From Escherichia coli (GTDB lineage Bacteria > Pseudomonadota > Gammaproteobacteria > Enterobacterales > Enterobacteriaceae), in assembly GCF_003334255.1 (NCBI RefSeq), contig NZ_QOWU01000015.1: a stretch of DNA of 64,000 nucleotides. One strand, given 5' to 3'. Below are positions 61,870 through 64,000 of this stretch, one piece after another. A program made the position numbers and the translations under genes. The notes under the pieces were generated by a model that worked only from the letters and a program-made list of their open reading frames with translations, ran no database searches and was not told the origin of the DNA. The stretch's first letter is position 1; each line of letters opens with the position of its first letter.

Positions 61870-63887
61870 TTAGACGGCAATAGCGATTAGCAGCACAACC
61901 AGTGCGGCGACCACATACAGGCAATAGAGACGAAAGTCGCCGCTTTGCAGATGCTGTATTTCTTTGGCCAGCCGTTGGGTGGCGCTCACGATGGGGCGGA
62001 TCACCCGCTCATCCCAGAAGGGTTCTGTGCTCTGAGCCCTGGCGGTGACGTGCGCAAGACCTTTATTTAGCCTCAGCGTAGGGTCGAGCTGTTGTCGTAG
62101 ACGAAATAGCGCAGAGAAGACCACACGCAGCGGCTGCATCACGCCATTGCCTGACGGGGCCATCGCATTTTCCCAGCCGTAGCCGCATGCCCAGGCATCT
62201 CCTGTGCGACGAAACGCTGCGCGGCGCGAACGACACCACAGCCAGTAAAGGCCAGGCAGCAAAGGCATCGCCAGTAGTAACAGCAACAGTAATGAGGAGG
62301 TTACCTGTGTATGAAACGTGCCGGGTACAAGAGCTATTCCGCTGGCGACAGTGACGGGAGGGGTATTGGTAAACGCATGGGCAATATGCATTATCTTCGG
62401 TGCCAGCCAACTGGCACTAAGCGCAATTAATACGCAGAGTGCCGCGAGCAGTAGCATGGCGACGATCATCGTATTTGGCACTTCCTGTGCCTCTTCAGCG
62501 TGTGTACTGCGCGGCGCACCACAGAAAGTAATACCGTACATTTTGACGAAGCACATTACTGCCAGCCCACCAGTGACTGCCAGCATTACCATAGCAATAG
62601 GACCCGCAAGTTGTAGCGCTACGGCTTCCACACGACTTAGTGAGAACAGCGACTGCCAGGTGTACCATTCGCTGATAAAACCATTCAGCGGAGGAATGGC
62701 TGATATCGCGAGGCAACCAATCAGGCATGCTGCGGCTGTCCACGGCATCCGTTTCGCCAGTGCCCCCATTTTTTCCATGTCGTGGGTATGCAAACGCGAA
62801 ATAATCGCGCCCGCGCCGAGAAATAGCAGCCCTTTGAACAGCGCATGGTTGAGCAGATGAAACAGTGCGCCGAGCAGTCCAACCACGGTGAGCAGCGGGT
62901 CGTGCAGTGACAGACCGTCCATCGCCACACCGACTGCCAGCAAAATAATGCCGACGTTTTCGACGGTACTCCAGGCCAGCAGCCGTTTGATATCCTGTTC
63001 CGCCAGCGCATATAGCACGCCCAGGAGCGCGGAGATTGCGCCGATCGCCATCACCAGAATGCCCCACCACAGAGGCAAACCCGTTTGCGCCAGCAGATCC
63101 ATCGCTACTTTCAGGATGCCGAAAATACCGATTTTGACCATTACGCCAGACATCAACGCCGAAGCGTGCGATGGTGCGGCAGGGTGAGCGCGCGGCAACC
63201 AGCTGTGCAACGGTATCATCCCGGCTTTCGCGCCAAAACCGAAAAAGGCCAGCAGAAACACCGCCGACGCCAGCCCCGGAGAAAGTGAAAGCGTGCGAAA
63301 CTGGCAAAATCGAGGCTGCCGCTTTCGCGCCCCATCAGCAAGAAGGCGATCATAATCAGCACCGATCCGGCGTGGGCGATAAAAAAGTAGAGCATGCCAG
63401 CGTTGATCGACGTTTTATCCTGCCTGGCAATGACCAGAAACCAGGAAGACAGCGACATCATTTCAAACAGCACGATGAACCAAAAAGCGTTGTCCATCAC
63501 CAGCAGGGCAACCATCGATGCGATGAAAAGATTCATAAAGAAGCCCATCGCCGCCGCGCCTTTGCCCTCGTATTCGCGCATATAAGTCAATGAATAGAGC
63601 GAACAAACCACCACCAGCAAGGAGATAACCAGCACCATAAATGCCGAGAGGCTATCCATTCGCAGGGTTAAATCGGCAAAGTCAAAAGGGGTGGCAAAAT
63701 GGGCGACTAAAGTTACACCAGCATGTAATTGCGTAATTCCGCTGATGATGCCAATCACGCCGCCCACCAGCGATGTGATGCCGGAAAGCTTAATAGCCAG
63801 TCTGTCCAGACCGAGTAAAAACAGCGAAGCCAGACTGGCAAACAGATAGAGGATCAGCGACCAGGTTAATAATTGCAGGGCATCCAT
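61870..63887 (-). pseudogene. hyfB: hyfB (NuoL-like hydrogenase-4 membrane subunit) interrupted by a -1 frameshift
   Basis: N-terminal ORF (ATG 63885-63887, MDALQLLTW...) and C-terminal ORF (stop at 61870) are in different frames and overlap near 63260-63300. Total span is 2018 nt, where 2019 would give 672 aa. The most likely site is gcgaaa at 63296-63300 (one base missing). Confidence 0.75.
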
Positions 63888-64000
63888 TAGCGTTGCTCCT
63901 GAGTGAGGGAAAGGGGATCCTCCCATAAGCGCTAACTTAAGGGTTGTGGTATTACGCCTGATATGATTTAACGTGCCGATGAATTACTCTCACGATAACT

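Noticed and set aside
63893-64000. Possible 3' end of hyfA at the right edge of the window
   Set aside because: All three minus-strand frames hit stops within about 100 nt of the edge, so the correct frame and stop of hyfA cannot be determined from this window.

Overview
This window is a colinear Escherichia coli K-12-type core-chromosome segment (reverse-complemented relative to the usual MG1655 orientation). It runs from the 5' end of csiE through yfhR-suhB, trmJ, the complete iscRSUA-hscBA-fdx-iscX cluster, pepB, sseB, the ryfA locus, sseA, yfhM-pbpC, ndk, rlmN, rodZ, ispG, hisS, yfgM, bamB, der, yfgJ, xseA, guaBA, the AT-rich yfgI-yfgH-yfgG-pdeF island, ppx-ppk, purMN, upp-uraA, hda, yfgD(arsC-like)-bepA, perM(yfgO), focB-hyfR and hyfJ back to hyfB. 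Gene identities are recognised from the translated ORFs and their motifs; I cannot run a database search. No rRNA, tRNA, CRISPR array, IS element or prophage is visible. Most of the window is ordinary, intact core genome. The observations worth a second look are: (1) three independent single-base homopolymer frameshifts confined to the hydrogenase-4 locus (focB, hyfI, hyfB), while roughly 50 other genes are intact; (2) a type-I-toxin-like module in the sseB-sseA spacer (ryfA locus), with a 24-codon hydrophobic ORF whose SD can be occluded by an upstream anti-SD, a divergent terminated ~100-nt sRNA driven from a palindrome carrying overlapping -35 hexamers, and a second orphan copy of the sRNA half; (3) the low-GC yfgG/yfgH/yfgI/pdeF island with a perfect FNR box. 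No clearly foreign or new multi-gene system is present.
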